64,000 nucleotides of DNA from Pecten maximus. Lineage: Eukaryota. The notes beneath the pieces are model-generated. The model saw nothing but the letters and a program-made list of their open reading frames with translations. It did no database searches and was not told where the DNA came from. The position numbers and the translations under genes were made by a program. The stretch lies in NCBI RefSeq assembly GCF_902652985.1, contig NC_047030.1, positions 14,198,001 to 14,262,000 of the forward strand. Reading direction: 5' to 3'. Of this stretch, positions 25,901 through 38,692 are shown piece after piece; positions within the stretch are counted from its first letter, which is position 1; every line of letters begins with the position of its first letter.

Positions 25901-28900
25901 TCCCTATGGTATGATTTATCTGTCAACCCCTAGCGTATGATATCTCTGTCAACCCCTAGGGTATGATATCTCTGTCAACCCCTAGGGTGTGATATCTCTG
26001 TCACCCCCTAGGGTGTGATACCTCTGTCAATCCCTACGGAATGATATCTCTGTCAACCCCTAGGGTATGATTTATCTGTCAACCCCTAGGGTATGATTTA
26101 TCTGTCAACCCCTAGGGTATGATTTATCTGTCAACCCCTAGGGTGTGATACCTCTGTCAATCCCTACGGAATGATATCTCTGTCAACTCCTAGGGTATGA
26201 TTTATCTGTCACCTCCTAGGGTGTGGTCTCTCTGTCAATTCCTAGGGTATGATTTCTTTGTCAACCCCTAGGGTGTGGTCTCTCTGTCAACCCCTATGGT
26301 ATGATACCTCTGTCAACCCCTAGGGTGTGCTATCTCTGCCAACCCCTAGGGTGTGATACCTCTGTCAACCCCTATGGTATGATACCTCTGTCAACCCGTA
26401 GGGTGTGATATATCTGTCAACCCCTAGGGTGTGATACCTCTGTCAACCCTTAGGGTGTGATAACTCTGTCAATCCCTATGGAATGATATCTGTGTCAATC
26501 CCTACGATATGATATATCTGTCAACCCCTAGGGTGTGATATCTCTGTCGACCCCTAGGGTGTGATATCTCTGTCGACCCCTAGGGTGTGATATCTCTGTC
26601 AACCCCTAGGGTGTGATATCTCTGTCGACCCCTAGGGAATGATATTTCTGTTAACCCCTAGGGTATGATTTCTTTGTCAACCCTCTAAGGTGTGATTTCT
26701 CTGTCAACCCCTAGGGTGTGATATATCTGTCAACCTCTAGGTAATGATATCTCTTTCAGCCCCTAGGGTGTGATATCTCTGTCAACCCCTAGGGTATGAT
26801 ATCTCTGTCAGCCCCTAGGGAATGATATCTCTGTCAACCCCTAGGGTGTGATATCTCTGTCAACCCCTAGGGTGTGATATCTCTGTCAACCCCTAGCGTA
26901 TGATATATCTGTCAACCCCTATGGTGTGATATCTCTGTCAACCCCTATCGTATGATATTTCTGTTAACCCCTAGGGTGTGATATCTCTGTCAACCCCTAG
27001 CGTATGATATCTCTGTCAATCCCTAGGGTATGATATCTCTGGCAACCCCTAGCGTATGATATATCTGTCAACCCCTAGGGTGTGGTGTCTCTGTCAAACC
27101 CTAGGGTGTGATATCTCTGTTAACCCCTAGGGTGTGGTCTCTCTGTCAATCCCTATGGTATGATATTTCTGTCAACCCCTAGGGTGTGATATATCTTTCA
27201 ACCCCTACGGTGTGGTCTCTCTGTCAATCCCTATGGTATGATATATCTGTCAACCCCAAGGTTATAATTTCTCTGTCAACCCCTATGGTATTATATCTCT
27301 GACAATCCCTATGGTATGATTTCTCTGTCAACCCCTAGGGTGTGATATCTATGTCTACCGCTAGGGTATGATACCTCGGTCAACCCCTCGGGTATGATAC
27401 CTCTGTCAACCCCAAGGGTATGATTAATCTGACAACCCCTAGGGTGTGATACCTCTGTCAATCCCTCCGGAATGATATCTCTGTCAACCCCTATGGTATG
27501 ATACCTCTGTCAATCCCTATGGTATGATTTATCTGTCAACCCCTAGCGTATGATATCTCTGTCAACCCCTAGGGTATGATATCTCTGTCAACCCCTAGGG
27601 TGTGATATCTCTGTCACCCCCTAGGGTGTGATACCTCTGTCAATCCCTACGGAATGATATCTCTGTCAACCCCTAGGGTATGATTTATCTGTCAACCCCT
27701 AGGGTATGATTTATCTGTCAACCCCTAGGGTGTGATAACTCTGTCAATCCCTATGGTATGATATCTCTGTCAATCCCTACGATATGATATATCTGTCAAC
27801 CCCTAGGGTGTGATATCTCTGTTCACCCCTAGGGTGTGATATCTCTGTCAACCCCTAGGGTGTGATATTTCTGTCAAACCCTAGGGTGTGATATCTCTGT
27901 CAACCCCTAGGGTGTGATATCTCTGTCCATCCCTAGGGAATGATATTTCTGTTAACCCCTAGGGTATGATTTCTTTGTCAACCCTCTAAGGTTTGATTTC
28001 TCTGTCAACCCCTAGGGTGTGATATATCTGTCAACCTCTAGGTAATGATATCTCTTTCAGCCCCTAGGGTGTGATATCTCTGTCAACCCCTAGGGTATGA
28101 TATCTCTATCAACCCCTAGGGTATGATACCTTTGACAACCCCTAGGGTGTGATATTTTTGTCAACCCCTAGGGTATGATATTTCTGTCAACCCCTAGGGT
28201 GTGATATCTCTGTCAACCCCTAGGGTATGATACCTTTGACAACCCCTAGGGTGTGATATTTCTGTCAACCCCTAGGGTGTGATATATCTGTCAACCCCTA
28301 GGGTATGATATCTCTGTCAGCCCCTAGGGAATGATATCTCTGTCAACCCCTAGGGTATGATATCTCTGTCAACCCCTAGGGTGTGATAACCTGTCAACCC
28401 CTAGGGAATGATATCTCTGTCAGCCCCTTGGGTATGATATCTCTTTCAGCCCCTAGGGTGTGATATCTCGGTCAATCCCTATGGTATGATATCTCTATCA
28501 ACCCGCAGGGTATGATATATCTGTCAACCCCTAGGTTGTGATATCTCTGTCAACCACTAGGTTGTGATATCTCTGTCAGCCCCCAGGGTGTGATATCTCT
28601 GTCAACCCCTAGGGTGTGATATCTCTGTCAATCCCTAGGGTGTGATATCTCTAACAATCCCTATGGTATGATATCTCTGTCAGCCCCTAGGGTGTGTGTC
28701 TCTGTCAATTCCTAAGGAATGATATCTCTGTCAACTACCAGGGTATGACAGGTCGCACGTAAAGTCAGCATTTTATTGCATTTCTTTGGATCATACGTAA
28801 AAATATGATAGGAGAAAAATAGTCACCTCTACCTTCGGGACAAAGAGACAGCTCAAGCCCTCGGGGTTTTAAACGTGATTGTCTAACCCTCAGCAGAGAT

Positions 28901-29203
28901 TCAGGTTAGACAACCAAGAATATCACCCTAGGTTTGAAGATTTCTTGATCACACCCTAAATGATGGAGACGATCGAGGAATATGTCACAGTTTTATGTTT
29001 TATTCCATGTCGATGTAGCGTTACACTGACATTGACATTGACTGAACTATCTTTTTCAATTTTGAACGTATGCATCATGAATCACTAAGTAACTTATCCT
29101 GAACGTATTTATAACAAATGTAACTTATACAAACTTAAAGTTTATTTCTAATATAGTCTATTTGAAAAACTACTGAACATTTTTTCTAATTTAATCTACG
29201 GTA

Positions 29204-29668
29204 TTGTGGCCTATGAGCAGCGTGAAGGAGAATTCGAAGATGGTAAATCAAAATCAAGACAAGTCTTCCGGACACGTCGTAGTGCCAAAGGTTAGCTGCG
29301 AGGAGGTGAAGACCACGGACACAACTACCAATATCATTGGCGATGTACAAAAGACTCTCTATGGGACCGAGTTGGTGAGGGAAAGGGCAGGCGACCTGTA
29401 TCATTGTTTAATTGAATTAGATATAGTTATACATAACGTTACCGCACGCCATTACAAGTTAGAAGAATTTGTAGAATTTATTCCTACGAATGATAAATTT
29501 ATCAAAAGCACTACTCTACACTGCGAGGTTGGGCCAGTACTAAATCGAGATGAGGGGGCACATAGAATGTCGAACATATATGGTCAGTTATTAGGCAAAG
29601 AGTTACAGAATGGAGTCATTTCGGTCCATCTGCAATACTACAGCATAGTTTTGTGCACTGCAACATAG
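29204..29668 (+). CDS. Unassigned 154-aa ORF (possible exon or relic)
   Basis: Long open frame, more GC-rich than its flanks; the frames checked on both strands are interrupted by stops. No recognisable motif. Confidence 0.25.
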   Translation: MWPMSSVKENSKMVNQNQDKSSGHVVVPKVSCEEVKTTDTTTNIIGDVQKTLYGTELVRERAGDLYHCLIELDIVIHNVTARHYKLEEFVEFIPTNDKFIKSTTLHCEVGPVLNRDEGAHRMSNIYGQLLGKELQNGVISVHLQYYSIVLCTAT

Positions 29669-30269
29669 CAGATATCGGTATCGATCTTTGAATTTTGAAG
29701 ACAACTCGTACACGTGTTACACCTTTGTACATGTACACGAAGATGACAGTGTACATACCGTAATAGTATATTTGCTACCAATTTCATGATTGTCAAAATG
29801 ATTTGAATTTTTTTCGTGGAATAATAATAAGAAAAGCATAACACAAGTTATCTGATCAGCAGTACATCCTTTATTATCAAAGGGATATATTAAACATGTA
29901 ACTAGAACATGTAACAAAACATGATAAACGTGCGATACACAAACAGTTATTTTGTATCATTCCATAACAATACTAGCATGACATTGTCGATTAATACACG
30001 GCATTCATTGACTATTTGAGCTATGATTTCTCAAAAGAAAAAAACCGTTTTAGGAATTTAAAACATATTGTTATTTGATTACATTGAAGTAAATCAATTA
30101 AAGATTGTACCTCATTTGCACTGCGTATATGGTCACGGTGGGGAATCACTTGGTCAGAAGATATGAATTCAAAATGGCAGCCACTAATGCAGAAAACATA
30201 AAATGAGGTAAGATATTGAAAATACTCATTACATAGGCTTTTATTTGTAGCGAGCATATGCTATACTAC

Positions 30270-30445
30270 AATCTAGACATATCCATACCTCATGTATGCT
30301 GGAACAGTCCGTAGTTTTCCGTAACATTCTGGCCAAAATTTCGAATCGAAAGGATTTCACTGACGAATTCGATTCATTTTGGTCAGAATGTTACGGAAAA
30401 CTACGGACTGTTCCAGCATACATGAGGTAAGGATAGGTCTAGATT
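30270..30445. mobile_element. Fold-back / MITE-like near-perfect inverted repeat
   Basis: ~70-bp arms (AATCTAGACATATCCATACCTCATGTATGCTGGAACAGTCCGTAGTTTTCCGTAACATTCTGGCCAAAAT and its near-exact reverse complement) with a short loop. Confidence 0.75.
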
Positions 30446-30780
30446 TTGTAGAGACGGCTGCCATCTCTATTATGTTTGAAGCAAATACTTTGTAGAGACG
30501 GCCGAAATGTCTTTTATGTTTGAAGTATATACTTTGTAGAGACGGCCGAAATGTCTTTTATGTTTGAAGCATATACTTTGTAGAGACGGCTGCCATCTCT
30601 TTTGCGTTTGAAGGTTATACTTTGTAGAGGGGACCACCATGTCTTTTATGCTTGAATATATATTTTGTAGAGATGACCACCACCTCTCTTATGTCTGAAG
30701 CATATTCCTTGTAGAAACGTCTGCCATCTCTTTTGTGTTTGAAGCACATACTTTGTAGAGACGGCTACCATCTCTTTTCA
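30446..30780. repeat. 44-bp minisatellite, about 8 copies
   Basis: GAGACGG recurs at 30451, 30495 and 30539. Unit approximately TACTTTGTAGAGACGGCYGMMATSTCTTTTATGTTTGAAGCATA. Confidence 0.85.
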
Positions 30781-33765
30781 CGACTGCCATCACGGAAAAC
30801 TACACTTGAAATTCCGTTCTATTATATGGTACCATTCGGTACAAGTAGCATGGACCAGATATAGGTACACTCATTCTACTTAGTGTCATGCTCCATTATG
30901 TAAATATGTGATTAAAGATAATTAATTGAATCAAAGAACAAAGAATGTTAATTGACAGTTATGACATATCAACCACACGTTTTACAATCGGGACTTACAT
31001 TAAAGCGAATCTTCCAAATTATATTCGGGCCTTTGTTTATCCACAACCTTAAAATCTCCTGGAAAGTCGACACTGTATGATACACACACACATGTATATA
31101 TATAAATAAAATATATTCAACTTGACAAATAATTGCAATTAATAACTATACGCAATGTCTTCATCTCTTTGAATTATATATAAACATATATATTCAATTA
31201 TTTCATATACATGTACTTTATTTATTATACAATATGTAAAGGTGATTGCCCCTGTTTCATCAACGTCCCTTAACTTAAGAAAAGCCAACTTATTTTTTTT
31301 CCATAGGAAAACTTTACTGGATTTAAGGTGGAAATATCTTAGCTAAAGAGCTTTTCTTAAATTCTGTAATACTTTTCTGTGGACAATTTTAAGAGATTGA
31401 AATTCCCTAAGGTAAGGAGTATTGACGCTCACTTTTCCTACTTTTGTACCATGCTTTGATAAATTCACTATTCCATTAAATCCCGTGTTAGAGTACCATG
31501 CTTACAAATGAGTCTTCGGTACTTCTTGCAACGCATCAACGATTTACTGAAATAAACACATTTCACTATCAACAAGGAATCCATACGTCAGTTATTCTTA
31601 AAATGTTTTATAGAACGGCATCATAGAACCCCAATGGCCTATAGGTATATAATATATTACATAAGGTTTGATTATTATCATAGCATGAAAACAAATTTTA
31701 TATAGCACTGACTTATGTTATATTGTTAACGAATATATGTAGCTATGAACTTTGAGTTTGAACATCCAAACACAGGATTGTATTTACATATACATATATG
31801 GCATATCGTACATGAACTGCCATTTACTTGTCACATTTTATGGCTATATATATATCTATGTTGATATTGAAAAAATAAAAAGGCTGGAAAAATAAAGCAT
31901 TATTTTACTATAAACAGCAAGGAGCATGAATTTAATCTGTTAAGTAATTTGATTTAGTGTAAATAATCATGCATAGAGTGTAAACATTTAAAGCCACAAT
32001 TTACGTATCTCTGGGATATTACCATAATGTGCTTATTCAAAATTCTTAAGAAAAGAACAGATAATGTGTAACACCGGGTGAGCTGCACAGGTAACTGAGC
32101 AGTTGTTATATTCTTACTACCTTAATTACATATCCCTATGTGTAAAAACGACTAGGCATGCGCACAACACTGCTTTATACAAACTTTAACCTGTCTACGG
32201 ACGACATCGGGGGTATACAATAGCCCACATGGACTTTTTATGTGTATACTATATAATATCCCATGCTACTGTGAACATTAGATTTTAGTTGGATATTTGT
32301 TTTTACGTTTATTCCGATAGGGGAGAAAATCGCAAGGTTAGTTTTTCAATTGTTAGTTGCATATTCTAACAGAACTGAACAAAATCATAAAATCTTAGCA
32401 ATAGCTTCTGCTTGTACAGAGAGTGTAATGCAATTCAAAAATATAAACCGGTTCTTGTGAAAGGTCCCAATCGGTGTCATCATACGTCATATACATAAAA
32501 CAGTAATGTGATATAAATTCACGATGAATACAAGTTTTTGAAATATCTGGGCAATATTAAGAGACAAAGATAACTTATTTTTACATTCTGATATAAGAAA
32601 TGATTTTTGACGCAAAGAAGAAAAAACAATACAAAATGGAACAATAATATTTCGTGAAATATCTCAAACTGTAATCAACATAAGGAAGACCCAATTTATT
32701 TCATAGACATAGCTTAATGGTGTCATCTACAAAAGGCGAAAACATAACACAATAAGTCATAAAGACGATGTGAAATGAAAGGATAAACTAGTTGAACTTT
32801 TTTTTTGTTATAAAGGTCTTGTATACAGATTGAATAAGACAACAAGGGAAGTCTATGCGAGCTATATCCGTAATATTATGAACAAAAACACACTAATCAA
32901 AATTAAAACAAATAAACATTAAACCCTTTGTATTATGGTATTATTAACAAAAGTAGTACATGTACTACAAACAGTTGCTGTATCGCCACACCGAGAGTTG
33001 CGACAAGAATCAACCTGCTTGTCAAATTCGAATAGAAGAGTTGTCCATTCATACTCTCACTATTTGTGTAGAGTGATAGTTGAGGAACACACCAAAACGT
33101 GTGACAGTTTTATAATCAAATGAGTTTACCTTAAATACATTTAATGAGTACATGTATATATAAAAACTCCATATTGTCAAACAAAAGTGTTAATATCATC
33201 AATTATAATGAAACCATTTAGAACTGATTAAAACAGATCAGACTACAAAGATTAATACGATCTATAGTACTGCATAACATTAACACTGTTGATAATGAAC
33301 TGCCTCAAAATCATGCACGGAACTTGCTTGATAAAATGGGCCACTTTTTATATGTTATTAAGTGTGTAGGTCACTTATTGAATGGAGATGAAAAATAAGT
33401 ATCGATAAGGTGTAGCTAAATGAAAATTTGATACAGTCTTTTATTTGAAAAGTAAGTAAAATCTTTAAATACATATTAATAAAAGAAGAAAATAGTTTAA
33501 TTAATACTTCGCATTAAACCGTCCATTTTCCGATACAGACAAATCATATTTAATCGATTTGAGCGGTTAAATAACACCTTATGTAACAAACAGTTTATCA
33601 GGTTAGAGTACTACCTATACTTTGATTATTCTTCTAATTTTATTTGAATGTAACACTTTCCTGGCGTTTTGTTAAATTACACGCGCGATAAACACAATTA
33701 GTTTGTCGTTTTCATGACGATACGTAGTTGTGTCTTTATAAACAGACATAATGTAGTGCTATCAG

Positions 33766-36700
33766 CTACTTGTCTACTTTGAATGGAATCGCAATGTTAG
33801 TTTCGTTCTTGTTTTGCATGAAACCAAAAACGATTGGTTCGGCTTCTTTCAAGGACTTTCCTTGCAAATATCTAGAAGCTCTTTGCAGTTTTTCTCTCAC
33901 CTTGGGGTTACGTGATGGAAAGAAAAACTCTTCTACAGCGTCATTCTTATCACCAGTGTCATCTCCCGTGCAGTCGTCAGGTGGTAAAACTGCATCAAAA
34001 ACACTTGGTAGATTCTCGATGTTTTCCTGATTTAGAATGTTCAATTCCTCAGCAAAGGACTGGCTGGAAGATTCATTGCATATATCTATAACAGTTTTGT
34101 CTTTGTCATCACTACAATAAGGATCCGCCCCAAAGATCATCAGAATGGTCAAACGGCACAGGCGTTCCACGGTCTGCATTTTAGTGAATCCATTTACAAA
34201 TTCGAGACAGTTGTGAAGTGGTGTTTTGCCCAATATGTCGACCGTTTCGACTGCATAGCGTTGTTTCAGCAACATATTAAATGTCTGAATTCGAGATTTT
34301 GTTGCATGACATGCCGCTTGATTTAATACTGTCCTTCCTCTTGTTGTCTTTAATATCCACTTTCGGTTTAGTTTCGAAAAGTATTGAAAGTATGTCGCAC
34401 ACTTCGTCATCGAACATCTCGCTTTCTACGCAATAATGAAGCGCTGTTTTGCCAAATCGATCCCTCATATTTGGGCTTGCTCCGCTAGCGAGAAGGTGTT
34501 TCAATGTGTTCTGCTTTCTTTTCCTGACGCTTTCTATTACTGCAGTACGATGTATTTCGTTCATTTGGTCAATAGGCGGTTTCTCTTCCGTTAAGATAGC
34601 CTCTATACATAACTTTGTATCTTCGTCTGATCGATCTGACATGACGATCAAAGGTAAGTATGGCTCTTTATTGTTCATGCTGCTGAATTTCGCCAATTCT
34701 GCCAGGAGAGTGGCTTTGCAACGCGATTTGCATGCAGATAGTAAAACTGTGTCCCCGGAATTTGTTCTACTATCTAGATCAAACCCTAGCTTTCTAAGAG
34801 GTCCGACAATATTCGCTTCAACCTCTTCAGAGAATTCCTCTTTGATATAAAAAGGCGTCATCTTTTCCTTGCATTCATCCTCTATTGCAATCTCGTTACA
34901 CAACAACGAAGTAAGCAAGTCAGATGTCAGTTTATTTTTTTCTTTTATTATTTCTAAAAGGCCATCGGTCATTACCATAGAGGATGCTTTGAGAAGAGTA
35001 CATATTGTTTTCACTCGATTACATCGAGATGATGCAGCCAGTGTAAGAGGTGTATTTCTGTTTTGATAGTCCTCCTCTGTTACAGATGCCCCGCGTTCTA
35101 TCAATATCTGACAAAGAGAGCTTGTGCTTTCATCAGACATCGATGATTCAACACAGGCATGAAGCAAACAGCGACCAAATACGTTTTCGTGTTGTCGGTA
35201 GGCATGTCTACTATCCTCAGATATATCTTCATTATTCTCTAAACATATTTCATCAAATTTCCGAAGGCACTTTTTGGCTACTGCTAATACAGTGTCATCT
35301 TCCAAAGTAGAATGCACTAATAAATGCAACACCGTTTTCCCATCGGAATCTGTTCTACCAACATCAAAGTATATGTCCACTAGCTTCATCAAAAGGTCTG
35401 GATGTTTCTTATTCATGATCGCAAGCATCAATGGAGTGTGTTTAGCTGGTGTTTCTTTCAATTCATCATCGGTCAGCAATAGGTCCACCATGTCTACAGC
35501 GACATTGCTTTCCATGTCTGCCAAACAACAGTAATGTAGTGGAAGCAGTCCTTCTGTATCTGTCATATTTTTGTCTGCGCCATTCTTCAAAAGAAGGTCA
35601 ACAAGACCTAGATTATCTTTAGCTTCTTTTATTGCTAACATTATTGGTGTCGCTCCCTCGTCATTCTGTTGGTTAACATCAGCCCCTTCTTTGATCAACA
35701 CCTCTATAACATGTTCTTTGTCTGTGTTGTTTAAATCTAGCGTGATACAATAATGCAGCATAAAGTCTGTGGCATGACTGTCTGAGGCATGCTTGCATTT
35801 GGCGAGAATCCCGAGAGTTTTGATACGACTCTTTCCTTTAGATATCACTGCTTGGATAGATGATCTGCCATCTTTTACCACTTCGTTAGGATTTACCCCA
35901 TGTCGAATCATTTCGGATACTCGTTGTGATACAATATTGTCTTCAATTTCAGATTGCACACAGTGATAAAGGGCTTCCGTCCGGGTTTCCTTGGTACACT
36001 TTTCTGAAAGTTTGGCGATACATTTAATGCCACATTTGACTTGAAGGACTGCCATTCCTAACGGTGTTTGTTCTTCCATGTTTTTACAAGACAGAAGAGC
36101 AGGCTCGTTTGTTAGGGCCGAAATTGTTTCAGACATTGTATCCGAAGGAGTCGAGGAAGACAAAGCAAAGTGTAGGTAATTGTTTTCATTTTCATCTTTT
36201 TCTAGAATTGGAAAGTGTTGTCGTTGCATTGCTTTCAGCAGTTTTTGGCTCAATCCAATAGTTTTGATGCAACAGGAAATCATGCTTTTCTTGTTTTCGT
36301 CTGAGTCATCCTCGAGCATCTTGACGCCTATTCCTAATTGAACAAGATTCCCGTCAATCTCATGTCCATCTTTTTCAACATAATTGGAACATTGCATTTT
36401 TACAAATGAGCTCGTACACATCATCGTCTCCTCTTCCTGTGCTGCTGCGGCTAGAAGACTCCAAAATCCCCATCTAGAATGTGGATCCTGAGCACCTGCT
36501 TTAAGTAGTATATGTAAGCATTCCTCATCGTTTGTGTTGAGGACCCATCGGAGTGGAAATGAATGATCACGTGTGTCGCTGTCTTCAGAGCATGTGCAGT
36601 AGCTACAGCGAGCGCCCGCCGAAACAAAAAACTGCAGAATATCTGCCGCTTTAAATTCTTTCTCTACTACATGAAACGTACTGTTTATGGTTTCGCATGT

Positions 36701-38388
36701 TCGCAACAGATAGCTTGTCATGGTGGCAATCCTACGTTCATCCTCGTAGCCCCGAAGAAATCGTTCGATTGCTTCACATAGTGGCAGACAACGGTAACGA
36801 ACTGACCATTCTAGCAGCCTCTTGATACATGCATCGAGTAGGTCAGGTTCCTTGTTACAGTGGGTTTTGCATAAGACCATGATACGCTCAATGAAATAAG
36901 GATCCACCCAGGCATCACTTCTATGCAGTGCTGCTGTGTGATCATTTATCATGTCTTCAAAAAACCTACTGGCGAGAATGTCTTTGTGGGGTTCGTGTAG
37001 CAAAGGGCAATTCATCCCTTGTTGTCCTGTACATTTGAACACGGCTGTATCACACAGTGTTTCCTGGTTTAGATTCCAGATGGAAAGCTTAAGAAACCTC
37101 TCAACGGCAAAAGAAATGACCGCTTTTTTGACAGTCGTGTTCTTCAATGTAAATTTTTTCTTTACACTGGTAACCAGTTCCTCAGTTTCTAAGTATTCAG
37201 CGGCGTCTTGCAACTGCTCCATATGCTTTTCCTTGCAAAGAGATTGACCATACTCGTATCCAGATAAGCGCTGCTTAATTTTCAGTATCTGTTCCTCAGT
37301 AAATGAAATTGGCTTTTCCTCAAACAACAGGGCCAAAAGTATGATGGTATTAGCGTTACGCTCAGAGCATCTTTTAATCTCCTCTCGGTAGTATACGACT
37401 GGTGATCTAAAAAAGTCTGCACCAAACTTTCTAAAACGTTCGTTCTTTGCAAACAGAAATGCTGCTAGGGGAAACGGAATTGGATTTTTAGATACTCTTG
37501 CAATATTCTCTAGAGTCATTTCATTTACTGATTTGTCGTGCTTTTCAGAAAAACGTTCAAGTTGTTTTTGTACAAGAGAAAGTTTTTCTTGATAACCAAG
37601 GCACAGTGAATCATCTTCAGGGTCTGCTAGATCTACTTGATTAGTCAGATTAGCAATTTTTGTTACATTTTCTAACCCTGATGTCATGATAATATACAAA
37701 CCAGTTTGCTGATCTGAATCAATGAATTCTCTAATAACCTTTTTTAAACTTGCTGGATCGGATTCAGGTCTTATTTCAGAGATTTCCACTAATGTTATAA
37801 CAAAACCCCTAGGATCAATATTATTCAAAAACTCAGATATTGAATGTATATTGTACACTTTACATTTTTCACTAAACTTGAGCAACCTAAACATCAAATG
37901 ATATGATAATGCCGTTTTACCACAGCCTTTTCCGCCTGTTATCAGTATGTGGTGATGTTTTTGTAGAAGCTCCCAAGCTTTCTTTGATAATTTCGTCTCC
38001 ACATAGAAGCGTTCTTCAACTTCATGGTTTTCAATGAGCATCTTAGTCTGAGCTGTGAAGTTGAAATATCATTTATCAGTACAAATAATAGCACATTTAT
38101 TACATATTTAGTTGTATTTCATTTTCTTAAATTAGTTGGTTCTTATATCCTTGGTCACATACTATCGTGAAATTTAAATTGAAATCAAACTGCTAGGTAA
38201 GATTTGAAACTAAATTGATTTTAACACAAACAATGATCAGAGGAAGGAACATAACCATCACAACAAGCATAAACGTTTCTAGCTGTTTCAAATATTTCAC
38301 TTCCTCAATGTGTCTAAATCGTTTTAGCTCTTATTACCTTCTTGTCCTCCAAGGTTGTTGTTTAGTTTCTCAAACTCTGTGATAATTT
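33766..38388 (-). CDS. STAND-class P-loop NTPase (nSTAND3-like) plus long ankyrin-repeat region (exons 38388-38338 and 38052-33766; +1 frameshift near 34341)
   Basis: FYVETK...ILITGGKGCGKTALSYHLM (Walker A at 37913-37936), post-NTPase PFPLAAFLF...FFRSP motif, then many ankyrin repeats (GATPIMLAI, GKTVLHLLV, GKTALHYCV, GKTPLHNCL). Removing one A joins the 1254-aa and 214-aa ORFs as DIKDNRGRTVLNQAA. The 51-nt exon is phase 1-1. Confidence 0.9.
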
Positions 38389-38692
38389 CTGAAAGTAAAA
38401 CACGATAATAAGCATTTCATGTATCGAAGTTTACTAAAGTTTTCAAGTGTTATTTAACTGATTTATTTTTAAGATAGACTAAATATGTTGACTTTTGATA
38501 CTGAAATACTACGGTGTGTCATAATATTATTAACGGTTATCAGATATTTCACACATCTTAGTGAGACTGTTTGTGATTTGATTATACGAAAATGTTAAGT
38601 CATTGGTTATGTAGAAATAAGAATTCCTAGAAATATCAGAGAACTGTAATACATAATATCGTTATAAGACTGGTTGCCGTTTTGTAATTGGT

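Larger units (their letters stand above)
14679..28751. repeat. 26-bp palindromic satellite array, about 380 units, interrupted by a mariner and a Crypton
   Basis: Consensus GGGTRTGATAWCTCTGTCAACCCCTA; period 26 (TCTGTC at 14721 and 14747); core palindrome CCCTAGGG. Segments 14679-17529, 19279-20474 and 22924-28751. Confidence 0.97.
14665..28985 (-). mobile_element. Degenerate non-autonomous Crypton-like element that hosts the whole satellite array
   Basis: The right flank has a decayed hairpin: TTGTCTAACC (28879-28888) / GGTTAGACAA (28904-28913) around the loop CTCAGCAGAGATTCA. Inner repeat TGATAGGAGAAA (28806-28817) is inverted relative to TTTCTCTTTTATCA (14665-14678) at the left edge. This is the layout of the autonomous element, reversed. 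Confidence 0.65.

Noticed and set aside
14679-28751. CRISPR-like or guide-RNA array beside a recombinase
   Set aside because: Units are head-to-tail with only point variants and no unique spacers; no cas-like genes; eukaryotic context.
34449-37247. Plus-strand ORFs of 60-133 aa over the ankyrin exon, and similar ones over the GPCR, mariner, recombinase and Harbinger genes
   Set aside because: Antisense or off-frame shadows of real coding sequence.
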